64,000 bases of DNA. Origin: Octopus sinensis. Lineage: Eukaryota. A program made the translations under genes and the position numbers. This document shows, in pieces, positions 38,734-53,392 of the stretch (position 1 is the stretch's first letter; every line of letters starts with the position of its first letter). The notes beneath the pieces were generated by a model, which was not told the origin of the DNA, ran no database searches, and was given only the letters and a program-made list of their open reading frames with translations. The DNA lies in assembly GCF_006345805.1 (NCBI RefSeq), contig NC_043012.1, positions 21,080,001 to 21,144,000 on the forward strand, in the 5' to 3' direction.

Positions 38734-41700
38734 CAGCGGCAGTATCGTTATAATCATAACAGTCATCTTCATAAATTCCTCCGGCTTGAAGTGCTCCTAT
38801 TTTTTTTTTCCGTATTTATCACCCACAACCTCACCAATTACAAAACAACTACAATTAGATGACTATAAATATCTGGAGGGAAAAAATGTTATCGGTTGAA
38901 CCAATCCTTATACTTAACATATTTTACCGACTGACTGAAAATGAAAGGAGAAAATTTATCTCGATAAGATTTGAACAGAACTGAAAGAAACGGCAATAAA
39001 TCTTTCTCTTTTCCTTCTTAACCGATTCCACTAAACACTATCCTGAAAAGTGGTTTATGACATTCATACAGGTACAAAATTTAGGAAGAAACTATGCATC
39101 GATTTAACTAATAATTGACTGATAATGATTATTTTTATTTCTGGAAAGATTCGGCAGCGAACTGGCAGAATAAAATGCCGCACCCAATAAAATGCTTAGC
39201 AACATTGCTGCTGGCTCTTTCCGTTCCGAGTTCAAATGCTTTTGAGGTCGGCATTTGCCTTTCATATTTTTGAGGTCGATAAAATAAGCACCACCTGATT
39301 ACTTGGTTGATGCTGCAATCGATTACACCAACTCCTTTAAAATTGCTGATCTTGTGCTAAAATTTCAAGCCATTATTTCTGGAAGAATAGGGCGGCAAAC
39401 TGGCAGAATCGTTGCTGCTCTTGATAAACTTCCTGAGTTTCTCCCGGCTCAAATATCGCCAAGATCGACTTCATCTTCCTTCCTTTCAGGATCGGTGAAA
39501 TACGTAACAGTAGAGCAATAGAGTCAAATGTAATTAATTTCACCACCACAAGATTGCCGGTCTTGTGCCAAAATTTAAAAAAAAAATAAATATAATAAAA
39601 AGAAGATAATTACATCTAGTACTATACTTGCAAGAAGAATAATCTTCTACAAAGGGTCATTATAATTGTTAATTGTGTTAGAGCTGATCAAAAGATGACA
39701 GTTATTGTTACCAACACCAGTAACTTACCTAATGAATGAAACCAGCAATAGTCATAGAATACAGATGAATTATATTTTGTCAGTTTTATATGGATGGTTT
39801 GAAAATATATACAGCAGTTACTATCCAATGCGAAAAAAAACTACGGAATTTTGTTCTTGTATTCAACCAAGATATAACTTTTAAGTAACCGAGATTTCAA
39901 CAAACCAAAATCTGTTGTTGAGCGATGGGGAGACGGCAAAACACAAATATATATACATACATATATATGCATATATATAAGACAGGCTTCCCCACAGTTT
40001 CCGTCGACAAAATTTGCTAACAAGGTACTTATCTGACCGAAGCCGTAGTAGAAGATATTTTCCCAAGGTGCTGCGCAGTGGGATTGAACTTGAAACCACG
40101 TGTCTGCAAAGCAAACTTTAAGTAGAAACAACACTGCCTGACGTTTTCTTGCAACTTCCTGCGCTGAGCTGCAAGCCACCAACTTATCCAAGAATATCCA
40201 TACCACTGTCAAACAATAAAAATTAGACATTAATCCCGGAATTAGATCAGAACCGTCCAAATACTTAAGAGTAAATGAAACCGAAAAAAATAAATAACAC
40301 GAAGATACGATGGAGAAAATTAGGAAAGTGTAATACAAAAGTCAGATTAACAAAAGGACAAAAGCACATAACACTATAAAGACACAGTCATGAGAATGGG
40401 ATGAGGCAGATGTGCCAAAACTACTATATGAGGATTTAGTGAGATTAACTAAAGCTAGGAACATTAAATTAGAAATATCTTTCTAGTTTCTCTGATGATA
40501 CTGTATATTAGATTTCTATTTGTATAAGAGCCCGAAACATTGTTTGAAGTTACCTGGTTTTTCATTTCTAAGCTCATGAATTCATTTATCATCTTCTTTA
40601 TCATGTTGGAAGTGAAATTTGTGATTAGGAGAGCTTGTACATTTATACCTATTTTTAACATCGAGTTCAGTGATTTATATTAATTTAACTTTTTTATCCT
40701 AACTTTTTCTAAGTTTTCTCTCCATTTCTGCTGGTTTTATCGTATCAGTCTTATCTGTTTCTAAGTATGTGCGCAGGTAATTCTGATCTAATTCATTGTA
40801 ATTATATAAAAGTCAACAAGAAGCAGAAAACAAACCTTAGCATGGCCTTGATTGATTACTAAACAAAAAGTATTTTGTAGTATAAATACATAAATGAATA
40901 AAACGGGCAAAATAGTTAGAAAATACAACCACAATACCATGTGAAAATAGGAGCAAGCAAATGAAAACTGATTAGTGTATCAGGGATACAAGGAAAGCTA
41001 AAACAAGTCTTTTCTCTATATATAAGGAAACAAAAACAAGTACAAATTGCAAAATAACCATACTTGAGAAGGTAAAATAAGGGAAATGTTTTTTAGATAA
41101 AGACAAAACAACAGAAATGGAATAAAAAATACAAGTCAAAATACAAACTGAATTCCAAAACATATTGAATACAAAATGCAAAGGAAAGTATTTCTGTGGT
41201 CAAAATCCTGCCAGATACATCAGAAAAATAAACCGAGCAACAAATACTTACAGAAATAATAAAAAAGATGCTAAAATCAATAACAGGCTGTATGCAACCG
41301 GTACAATGAGTCTCTTTTCGCTCCACCTGGATGTCTAGATCGAAATGGACCCGAAAAATCTTCAACGGAACCCATTGCGCGCTACTTGCTACTTCCTGTG
41401 CCGAGCTACAAGACATCAATTTATCCGAGAAAAACCTTGTCACCATCGAAGTGTTGTATTCCTTTAAAGAGGATACTGATCACCTCGATGTGCGTTGTGT
41501 CAGGCACCATTACACTGATGTCTTCTGCACGATTGTCTCGCATCCCAGATCAAATGAGATGTCGATTCAGTATTTTAAGAAGAGTTTGGGGTACAGATGA
41601 AAGCGGATTCTCTTGACGAACCAGCCGTGTCATCTGAAATTTTTCTTATTTCTTTATTGCCCACAAGGGGCTAAACATAGGGAGGACAAACAAGGACAGA

Positions 41701-42409
41701 GAAAGGGATTAAGTCGATTACATCAACCCCAGTGCGTAACTGGTACTTAATTTATCGACCCCGAAAGGATGAAAGGCAAAGTCGACCTCGGCGGAATTTG
41801 AACTCTGATCATAAAGACAGACGAAATGCCGCTAAACATTTGGTGGTGGAGGTGGTGGTGGTGGTGTTGTTGGTGGTGGTGGTGGTGGTGGAGGTGGTGG
41901 TGGTAATATTGTTGCTATTTATCAGTATTTTCTGCTGCTGCTGCTGCTGCCCGTACTGGCAGTTCTGGTGATGGCAATCATGCTGCTCTCACTGTCACAA
42001 TTCGTTCTTCTCTTTCCTCGATGGGTTAAAGTTAGGGTTGCTGCTGCTGTTGCCACCGCTGCCTTCAACGCGGGTCTGGCGGTTTTGCTGCCAGCGACAT
42101 CTGTGGCGGTGGTATTGATGGCGGTTGTCATAGTTGTCGACTTTGATGTTGTGCTTCGATGTTGTTTGTTTCTGTTCCTACATCTCCCTCCCTCCAACCC
42201 CCCCACTCACCTCTCCTTCCAGAAAATTATCGCAGCATGTTAAGGATTAAAGCAAAACAAATAGGTAAGATTTAATAAAATAACAAAAAAAAACAAGCTT
42301 CCACAGGATACTGGTCGCTTTAATAACAAAAGAGTAGAAAAATTTCTAAGAACAGTTCTCTTCTACAGTCAAATAACGAAATTTGTGTGTGATTGGAGGG
42401 CATCGTTTC

Positions 42410-42443
42410 AGCAGCAGCAGCAGTAGCAGCAGCAGCAGTAGTG

Positions 42444-42493
<50 letters not shown>

Positions 42494-42790
42494 GGTGGTG
42501 GTGGTGTGGTGGTGGTGGTGGTGGTGGTGGTAGTGGTGGTGGTGGTAGTGGTGGTGGTGGTGGTGGTGGTGGTAGTGGTGGTGGTGGTAGTGGTGGTGGT
42601 GGTGGTGGTGGTGGTGGTGGTGGTCGTGATGGTGGTTGTGGTGGTGGTGGTGGTGGTTGTGGTGGTGGACGTCGTTGTCGTCATCGTCTTCGTCGTGGTG
42701 AAGAAAGGATGAGAAGAAGAAGAAGAAGAAGAAGAAGAAGAAGAAGAAGAAGAAGAAGAGGAGGAGGAGGAGGAGGAGGAGGAGGAGGAA
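42410..42790. repeat. Compound (AGC)(AGT)(GGT)n and (GAA)(GAG)n microsatellites
   Basis: Directly visible. Explains the poly-T/V/S ORFs. Confidence 0.95.
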
Positions 42791-42937
42791 ACTGATGAAG
42801 GAGGCATTCTAATGAGAGGATAATAGCATAGTTGCTGCGGCTAATTTAATTTCTACTCTTATACAAGTATTTTGTACTGTTTTGATATTCGGGATAATTG
42901 ACGCTATATCAACGAATATTATTATTGAATTTATGCC

Positions 42938-42983
<46 letters not shown>

Positions 42984-43285
42984 TGGCGAGTAAACATAAC
43001 AGTAATCCCTGGCGGCGCAAACTAAACAAATCCAGCGAATAATTTCAAAGGATGATAACCTATTTTCCTGTTTTCGTCATAAATTCTGTCGAGATGATTT
43101 CTTCCGCCATGAAAATTACATGGATGTGTGTGTGTGTTTGTGTGTGTTTATGTGTGTTTTTCTCTGTGTTTGTGTGTGTGTGTGTGTATGTGTGTGTGCT
43201 GATGTGTGTCTACGTGCGTGTGTACATAAACGCAAGTAGAAATATAAATATAATTTCATTATATATATATATATATATATATATA

Positions 43286-44335
43286 GTAAGGAAAAATTTT
43301 TTTAAAATGCAGAATGCTCAAATGAAAGAAAATTTTAATAAAATGAGAAAATGATAAAAATATATAAATGTATTTATTCAACGGTTTTCGTCATTGTATG
43401 ACTTGTCAAGAATATTTATGTTTTAAGAAGTTTTTTAAAAATTAGAAAGGGGAAAAAAAGAAAATTGCATTGTTTTTTGTAAAAGAATAATGATAAAAAT
43501 GTACAAAAATTAAAAAATAAGTTCTCCGATACATTGTGAGTTCGTTGTGTATCTTGCGTTTTATGGTTGTTTACGAAAAAATTACCTTGAGGTGTTAAGA
43601 TCCAAAGGGATTAAGAGCATGTGTTGTGTTGTGTTGTTAAATTCAGCATGTTTGCAGGACAGGAAGTAGTAGTAATTGTGGTCCTGGTTCTTCAGTTCCT
43701 GTGTTGTGAGTAAGGGGAGACAACCTTTTGAGTTCTTCAATAAAACCCAAATTATAAAACTATCATTTTAGCTTCATTTGCATTATCTTTTTATATAATT
43801 GCTTGTTAACTTAACTTTCAGATTTTAACACTTTATTTACATTATTTTCTAATAATATAAATCTGCATAGACAATTGCATTTCAAATTGTCATATCATTT
43901 ATAATAAAAATGATAGTAATAACAACAATAGTAAAAATGATATTTAAAGAATATAAGTTTTAGCTTGAAGTGATGAATGCATGTGTATCTTTATATATTG
44001 TGTTAGTCCATCCATGAAAAGTGAGGTAGAGAAAGGAAGTTTGATCAACGAGGAGTTTGCATATTAAGTTGTGTTTGGAATTTTTCAATAAAGAGATTCT
44101 CCTTGTTAATTCTCTCCTGTGTGGTGATCCCGTCTTTACATTGGTAGAAGGGGAATATATAGAATTTGGGTTTAAGTCTTTAGCACATGAGTCTAAGTGG
44201 TCACTCAGTGGAATTTGTCGGTATTCCGGGAGATTTATTTGTTCTTTATGCACCGTTACTCGTTTACGTAACGGGAGACTCGTTTGTCCAACATAATTAT
44301 GTTGGCAACCAGCGCATGTGAGAACGTAATATATA
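43286..44335 (-). mobile_element. 5'-truncated Penelope-like element: GIY-YIG endonuclease, 3' region and hammerhead
   Basis: Minus strand 44334-44045: IYYVLTCAGCQHNYVGQTSLPLRKRVTVHKEQINLPEYRQIPLSDHLDSCAK, one frameshift, then YIFPFYQCKDGITTQERINKENLFIEKFQTQLN...stop. (TA)n at both ends. Confidence 0.88.
43375..43414 (-). ncRNA. Minimal type-I hammerhead motif with U3-A8 core
   Basis: Minus strand: TATTC-TTGACAA-GTCAT-ACA-ATGAC-GAAA-ACCG-TT-GAATA. Perfect 5-bp stems I and II. Confidence 0.75.
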
Positions 44336-45067
44336 TATATAATATATATATATATATAATATATATATATGTATATGTATATCTATACATATGCATATAC
44401 ATATATATATATATGTGTGCATATATATATTTATGCGCAAACATACACAGAGAGGGAGAGAGAAAGAGAGAAAGCATATATATATATAAATATATAAGCA
44501 TACATACATACACATATACATGCACATACGCATGTACTCAGACACACATGCACACGCATGCACGTAAACGCCAACACAAATACATAGACTCACACACACA
44601 CACACACATACATACACACATATAAATCTGTTATGACGTTATTATGGTTGAAGATATCTCTGAAGAACTTAGGAAAATATGTCGTCACGTTTTCAAAATA
44701 ATTTGGTGGATTTGCTTTCTAAGTGCCGTTAGGTACTTCTGTAGCGTTCAACGAAACAAGCGACTCAGAAAAACTGCAGAGAAATTCAATAAATAGTGAA
44801 CACTGTGAATGATTCGGTGAAGCAATAGAAAATTATAGGGTTAGTTTTGTTGGAATGTGTATTTCATTCATTGTACTTGTGAAATTACTGAAAATATGCT
44901 TACTAACCAATTTGACAACATGTTACGTAAAGACAGGAATTTTTAATGTCTTCAAGACTTGCATAACATACATTATGTTGAGCCTCTGTGTCTGCGTATG
45001 AGTATCAATACATTGGTTTGTTGGTGAATCCTCTCTCTCTCTCTCTCGACGCCTTTTATTGTCTCTA

Positions 45068-45088
45068 GTATGTATGTATGTATGTATG

Positions 45089-45120
<32 letters not shown>

Positions 45121-45138
45121 GATTGACAGACAGATAGG

Positions 45139-45234
<96 letters not shown>

Positions 45235-45239
45235 GAGAG

Positions 45240-45305
<66 letters not shown>

Positions 45306-45306
45306 G

Positions 45307-45372
<66 letters not shown>

Positions 45373-45410
45373 TATAGATAGATAGATAGATAGATAGATA
45401 GACACATAGG
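45068..45410. repeat. (TATG)(GACA)(AGAT)n tetranucleotide array
   Basis: Directly visible. Confidence 0.95.
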
Positions 45411-45837
45411 TAGATATGAGGGAAAGAAGTTCCATAAGACTAAATTTATAAAGAGAATATGAGAAAACGCTTTGAGAACATCATCATAGCGAGACATAAG
45501 ATAGTATTTACACTTTAACTAAAAATTTACCGGTTTCAATCGCTTTAAAGGGACGATCAGGTCATGCTGAAATAAAAGTAAAACTAAATTAAAATAGATC
45601 AAATTAATCTTTCATAATATCAGTTCTGCACTTTAACTTCTTTCCCCTATAAACATCACATAGCAGCCATCTCCTAGTTAAAGGATCACCAGCTGCAAGT
45701 AAGACACTCAGTGGCTCTAGTACTCATCTACCTTACTAGTAGCAGTTACTGTGGTGAATTCAGTGAAGGCTGCAGTAATATTGGTAGTGGTTGTTTCACT
45801 TTTTCTGCCTCGGAAATATATATATATATATATATAT

Positions 45838-46137
45838 TATTAATAAATAAAACATATGCCTATATATAAACATATATGTACGTACCTACCTCTACATGTA
45901 CATATGCACGCATATATGTGTACAGGACACCAAAAGGACGTCGAACACAATGAGAAACGAAAACATAGACACAAACCAAAGGAACTGGACATTTTTTAAA
46001 CAACAAAAAAATAGAGTACAGGACAATTAACACAAAGAAAAAAACCTTCTTTAGTCGCTATGGTTTCATCTATTCTACGTTTCGAAGGATAAAAGCGAGA
46101 CATATCTTCGACAAGAAACTTTCCTTCCTGCGAAAAG

Positions 46138-46141
<4 letters not shown>
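45838..46141 (-). mobile_element. Single partial copy of the 866/878-bp pLTR-like family
   Basis: Matches 47635-47950. (TA)n on both sides. Confidence 0.85.
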
Positions 46142-46228
<87 letters not shown>

Positions 46229-46699
46229 TAATCCGATTTTATTCGGGTCGGCTCGGTCACTCGGGCCACATTTTAAAGATGAGGATTTTTACCCTAGAGG
46301 CCGCGCCTTTCAATTGAGCAAACTCAAAGTCGCCACGCAAACTCCCAACCACTTTTAACATAGGTATGCAAATTTTCAGGTCAATCAGACCACCATTTAC
46401 TAACACTTTTGCCTGCACAACTGCTTGTGAGACAACGTCCACCTTTTTCACAGATATATAGTAGAATATAGAAAACAAATGCTAGAGATGGAAAATGGAA
46501 TATACAAGTTTTTCCTATATTCCACTTACCATTTCTACCATTTGTTATATGTTCGATGAACAGTGAGCAATTCCTGAGATAGATACAGCGGCAATTGTAA
46601 AAATACTGTGGATGACATCAGGTAGCCATCAATAGTGAACGTGCTTCAGCGGCTAAATACTAAGTACACACCAAATGCTTAAATAATGATTACTTTATA

Positions 46700-46753
<54 letters not shown>

Positions 46754-46754
<1 letters not shown>

Positions 46755-47949
46755 CACATTAATAAATAAAATAAAACATATGCATATATATAAACATATA
46801 CGTACGTATCTACTTCTACATGTACATATACACGCATATATGAGTACAGGACACCAAAAGGACGTCGAACACAAAGAGAAACGAAAACATAGACACAAAC
46901 CAAAGAAACTTGACATTTATTTAAAAACAGCAAAAAAATAGAGTACAGGACAATTAACACAAAGAAAAAAACCCTTCTTCAGTCGCTAAAGGTTTCATCT
47001 ACTCTACGTTTCGAAGGATAAAAGCGAGACGTATCTTCGACAAGAAAACTTTCCTTCCTGCGAAAAGCAAATCAATTAAAATACTGAGATCTTTTCGCAG
47101 AGGGGTAAAAAATGGTAAAAACAGGACAGTGACGACAGTACAAATTGTAAACAGTAAAGGACAGGACAAGGAAAAACAAGATAAGCAGGGCTGTTGACGC
47201 CGAACGAAAAAAAGTATTGCAAACGCAGAATTTTTTATGGGCGACGAGCGGAGCAAGAATAAAAGTCGTCCATTACCTTGAGAGAGCCAGGCGAGAAAGA
47301 CAGCAGCGGAAGTGGCGTCGGGGGAGAACGACGGGAAGGCGGAAGTCACGTCGCGGGTGAACGACGGGAAGGAGGGAGGAGGAGCAAGAGAAAGGGAGAG
47401 AAGAAGGGGAATGGCTGCGAGGAAACCATGAAGAGTGGAGAGGGGGAGAGAGAGTGAAGAATGAGAGAGAGGAAGAGACAAGTTAAGTAGAGGAAAAGGA
47501 AAACAAAGAATGAAGGCTGAGAAAGGGATGGGACAGAAAGGTTAAGAGTGCGCGTGAGAGTTAATATCAAGATCAAAAACTTGATATAAAGAACAATCTT
47601 ACTTAGTGGGGTGCGTGCGTTTCATCATATAATACATTAATAAATAAAATAAAACATATGCATATATATAAACATATATGTACGTACCTACCTCTACATG
47701 TACATATACACGCATATATGAGTACAGGACACCAAAAGGACGTCGAACACAAAGAGAAAAGAAAACATAGACACAAACCAAAGGAACTGGACATTTATTT
47801 AAAAACAGTAAAAAAATAAAGTACAGGACAATTAACACAAAGAAAAAGCCCCTTCTTCAGTCGCTAAATGTTTCATCTACTCTACGTTTCGAGGGATAAA
47901 AGCGAGACGTATCTTCGACAAGAAACTTTCCTTCCTGCGAAAAGCAAAT

Positions 47950-48017
<68 letters not shown>

Positions 48018-48099
48018 AAATATATACTGCATACACATATACTTATATATGTATAGTGCGTGTATAGACATTTATATATATATATGCTTTGTATATATG

Positions 48100-48167
<68 letters not shown>

Positions 48168-48550
48168 AGAAAGAGAGTAACAGACAGACAGACAGAGAAA
48201 TACACATGTATCATGGCAGGAAACCAGTAATTGATATTTGGAATCCTTCATTACTTTCATTTCTCCAATTCTATATTCATAAAATCCTCCACTCTGTGAA
48301 ATTGACTTTATTCCTATGTTTACAGTCGAACTGTTATATCGGAATATAATTATTTAACGTGGCTTAGATATGGAGACCTAATACTTATGATAACGTGTCG
48401 TGCATTTAAAGCAGCGCGGAAATAGCATGCACAAAAACACACACGCACACACATTAACACACCGTATGCACGCACACACACGCATACATGCATACACACA
48501 TATATATCGAATGCATGTTTATACATACATACAGATATATGTGTCTGTAA

Positions 48551-48605
<55 letters not shown>

Positions 48606-49919
48606 GTGTGTGTTATATACGTGTGTTACTGTATGTAGGTATATATATATATATATATGTAGGTATATATATATGTTATATACGTGTGTTACTGTATGTA
48701 GGTATATATTATATATATATATATATATAACACATTAATAATAAAATAAAACATATGCATATATAAACATATACGTACGTATCTACTTCTACATGTACAT
48801 ATACACGCATATATGAGTACAGGACACCAAAAGGACGTCGAACACAAAGAGAAACGAAAACATAGACACAAACCAAAGAAACTTGACATTTATTTAAAAA
48901 CAGCAAAAAAATAGAGTACAGGACAATTAACACAAAGAAAAAAACCCTTCTTCAGTCGCTAAAGGTTTCATCTACTCTACGTTTCGAAGGATAAAAGCGA
49001 GACGTATCTTCGACAAGAAAACTTTCCTTCCTGCGAAAAGCAAATCAATTAAAATACTGAGATCTTTTCGCAGAGGGGTAAAAAATGGTAAAAACAGGAC
49101 AGTGACGACAGTACAAATTGTAAACAGTAAAGGACAGGACAAGGAAAAACAAGATAAGCAGGGCTGTTGACGCCGAACGAAAAAAAGTATTGCAAACGCA
49201 GAATTTTTTATGGGCGACGAGCGGAGCAAGAATAAAAGTCGTCCATTACCTTGAGAGAGCCAGGCGAGAAAGACAGCAGCGGAAGTGGCGTCGGGGGAGA
49301 ACGACGGGAAGGCGGAAGTCACGTCGCGGGTGAACGACGGAAGGAGGGAGGAGGAGCAAGAGAAAGGGAGAGAAGAAGGGGAATGGCTGCGAGGAAACCA
49401 TGAAGAGTGGAGAGGGGGAGAGAGAGTGAAGAATGAGAGAGAGGAAGAGACAAGTTAAGTAGAGGAAAAGGAAAACAAAGAATGAAGGCTGAGAAAGGGA
49501 TGGACAGAAAGGTTAAGAGTGCGCGTGAGAGTTAATATCAAGATCAAAAACTTGATATAAAGAACAATCTTACTTAGTGGGGTGCGTGCGTTTCATCATA
49601 TAATACATTAATAAATAAAATAAAACATATGCATATATATAAACATATATGTACGTACCTACCTCTACATGTACATATACACGCATATATGAGTACAGGA
49701 CACCAAAAGGACGTCGAACACAAAGAGAAAAGAAAACATAGACACAAACCAAAGGAACTGGACATTTATTTAAAAACAGTAAAAAAATAAAGTACAGGAC
49801 AATTAACACAAAGAAAAAGCCCCTTCTTCAGTCGCTAATGTTTCATCTACTCTACGTTTCGAGGGATAAAAGCGAGACGTATCTTCGACAAGAAACTTTC
49901 CTTCCTGCGAAAAGCAAAT

Positions 49920-49970
<51 letters not shown>

Positions 49971-50064
49971 ATATATATATACCTTTGTAAATATATACTG
50001 CATACACATATACTTATATATGTATAGTGCGTGTATAGACATTTATATATATATATGCTTTGTA

Positions 50065-50150
<86 letters not shown>

Positions 50151-50531
50151 AGAAAGAGAGTAACAGACAGACAGACAGAGAAATACACATGTATCATGGC
50201 AGGAAACCAGTAATTGATATTTGGAATCCTTCATTACTTTCATTTCTCCAATTCTATATTCATAAAATCCTCCACTCTGTGAAATTGACTTTATTCCTAT
50301 GTTTACAGTCGAACTGTTATATCGGAATATAATTATTTAACGTGGCTTAGATATGGAGACCTAATACTTATGATAACGTGTCGTGCATTTAAAGCAGCGC
50401 GGAAATAGCATGCACAAAAACACACACGCACACACATTAACACACCGTATGCACGCACACACACGCATACATGCATACACACATATATATTCGAATGCAT
50501 GTTTATACATACATACAGATATATGTGTCTG

Positions 50532-50591
<60 letters not shown>

Positions 50592-50720
50592 ACGTGTGTG
50601 TTATATACGTGTGTTACTGTATGTAGGTATATATATATATATATATATGTAGGTATATATATATGTTATATACGTGTGTTACTGTATGTAGGTATATATT
50701 TATATATATATATATATATA
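46754..50720 (-). repeat. About 1976-bp tandem duplication; each copy has a full 878-bp pLTR-like unit, a partial unit and about 770 bp of flanking DNA
   Basis: ACACATTAAT at 46754 and 48730. The internal unit restarts at CATTAA 47635. Unique-looking 48180-48590 is repeated at about 50160-50560. Confidence 0.9.
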
Positions 50721-51304
50721 CCTACATACATATATACATAAATATATATATATATATATATATACATATATATATACACACACACGTACGTTTGTGTACA
50801 TATGTAATTGTGCTTACATCTACACGCTTACACGAGCACTTCTACGTTCGTATGCACACATATACAAACACATAAATATATAGATAGATAGATAAACAGT
50901 AAGACACGTATATAACATATATATATGTGTGTGTGTGTATTTATGTATGTATATAGAGTAATATTATATATTTATATACATATATGTATGTATATGCACA
51001 TGCATATATATATATATTTATATATAGATAGTTGTGGCGCGTTTTGTGTTTGTGAGTGTGTGTGTATGTGTGTGTTTGTGTGTGTGTTTGTGTGTGTGTA
51101 TTTGTGTGTGTGTGTGTGTGTATGTGCGTGTGTGTATGTGTGTGTGTATTTGTGTGTCTGTGTGTGTGTATGTGTGTGTGTATTTGTGTGTGTGTGTGTA
51201 TGTGTGTGTATGTGTGTATTTGTGTGTGTGTGTGTATTTGTGTGTATGTGTATATGTGTATGTGTATATGTGTATGTGTGTGTTTGTGTGTGTGTGTTTG
51301 TATG

Positions 51305-51374
<70 letters not shown>

Positions 51375-52539
51375 CGTGTGATAACATTCCATGCATAGTC
51401 TGTTATTTATCTCATGAATCGCTGAAATGTGATTCGCCCAGTACGTGTTTGCTTTTATCATGTTGTTTCCATTCCTGGCCTCTCCGTTAATTATAAGTCA
51501 GTCTTGCTGTCACGTGCTTTCCACGTACAAATTTACAAATGGCTGCTATTTACTATTTGCAGGGGCATGTTTCCGGGAAATATTACTTTCTTATTTCCTT
51601 TTCGGTTTGTTTGTGTGCATGATACTGGAATCGCAGTGAGAATTTTTCCTTATCTATCGATAAGGCTAACACTACACCATGCAATTCGGTAAGCACTTTA
51701 AATATAAGGTGGCATTCTCATTACTTTTACACGAATGCATGCACACGTCGTAAACTATCTTGTGTCTCTAAAACACAGAAACAGCGAAACACACCTTATT
51801 ATTGTTTATGCAGTTCTGTTGAATATATTACCGTTGCAGTTCAGATATCTTCAATGAAATGGTAACAGTATTCTTAGGCTAGCTGATCTGCATAAAAACC
51901 ACTTAGTTAAATCAAAGCCTAGCAATACATTATCAACAATAGGACTGAAGGAAAATTATTCAGGAGAGCGCTCTCTATGTTGAATTACACGCTAGACTAT
52001 TATTATTATTATTATCATTATTATCATTATTATTATTATAATGTTACATAATATTACTGACATATCCAGCTACTCATTCACACTTCTTCCTCTCCATTCA
52101 ACGGTATTTGACGAATTTTGTATCTTTACTTCTGCATCCCTTTCAAAATTTTATTTTATTTGTATTTTGTTTTACACTTTTGAAATTTTGTAATATTCCC
52201 AGTGAAATCTTGTATCACTAACGTGAGGCTTTATTTCCATACACGCCAGGTTAATTTAATTCGTCCTTAGTCGAAAGACACCTGTTGTTATGTCACGTTA
52301 TTTGTATTTGTGTAACATTCGCCGTTTTTTTCCGTCCTTGTTTTCGTATACATTCGTTGCTTTCTTCCAAGAGATCTAATGCTCTTAGCTTAGCTTTTCC
52401 TTGGGGCTGACCAGATTGGAGCAATCTCGAGTATAATCAGCCGAAATAATCTGGAACTCGACTAAGGAAAGAAAATTCCGAATGGCCTGTCCTTCTTTTC
52501 TTTGTATCATCTATCTGGATGATTTGCATTCTTGTCCAT

Positions 52540-52623
<84 letters not shown>

Positions 52624-52624
<1 letters not shown>

Positions 52625-53390
52625 TATTCCAAGCTTTCCCACTCTACTTATGTTCGGCGACTACCACAGATGAAGCACGGATAAACAAAGAAAATGCTTT
52701 CATACAAAGGTACAAACCAAGACTTAACAAACTTTAACGCTGTACACTCACAAAATTTATTTTGCCACTTATTATGAGGAAGCCACACAGCTAACAGCCT
52801 AAATTTTAGCCACTGGGCTACACACGAACGACTTCTGTCCACTTTTCCACCAGACAGATTAAATTTAGAGCGCCTTGATTATAAGTAAACATGTTCACTC
52901 AACTGGGCTTGGTCTTCTTTTTAGCGCAAAATATACCGTCACGTGACACTAATGCACGAACGCAGCAGGAAAGGTACAAAAAGTTATAAACTTAATCATG
53001 TGTTCATTCTCTACAAACACATGACTTTAAACATTCAGAACATCGATTGCTTGGACATGTTCAGTTAACCGTGTCAACCTTAACCCTTAACTTACGAAGC
53101 CAAACATTGTCATTTGATACCAACACACGGACGTAACGGGAACCTACAATAATTTCTAAGACCAGTCATGTGACTATCCGCTACCAATCAAATCCTATCC
53201 AAAACATATATTAATTTGAGCCAACAACTCCCTATAAAAATAGGGCAAGCTTCAACCAGCTGCGACATAAATCACGTCTCTATATTTGAACTCTTTGAAA
53301 ATTCAGTATAAACTTAGAGACCGGTTAAAGCTTTCAATATATTAATAAAAAGTATTTAAACTTTTTTAATACTTTTTAAAACTTTTTTAA
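52624..53390 (+). mobile_element. 5'-truncated Penelope-like element: last 37 codons of GIY-YIG plus 3' region
   Basis: IFQAFPLYLCSATTTDEARINKENAFIQRYKPRLNKL* aligns with the C-terminus at 44045-44150. CCAAT at 53184, TATAAAA at 53233, degenerate U3-A8 HHR at 53291-53330. Confidence 0.75.
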
Positions 53391-53392
53391 TA

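Noticed and set aside
41585-41616. RRVWGTDESGF as a Tc1/pogo first catalytic Asp motif
   Set aside because: That frame accumulates non-synonymous differences relative to the 40148 homologue, and no further DDE motifs or TIRs are present.
44655-44700. CTGAAGA-ACTTAG-GAAA-ATATG-TC; similar partial matches at about 22920, 24690, 30130-30175 and 43650-43700
   Set aside because: Missing stem I and/or stem II, or a non-UH triplet. Compatible with chance in AT-rich DNA.
46257-46478. 73-aa minus-strand ORF as an exon; likewise 21341-21589 and 62321-62760
   Set aside because: No recognisable domain and no clear acceptor/donor pair.
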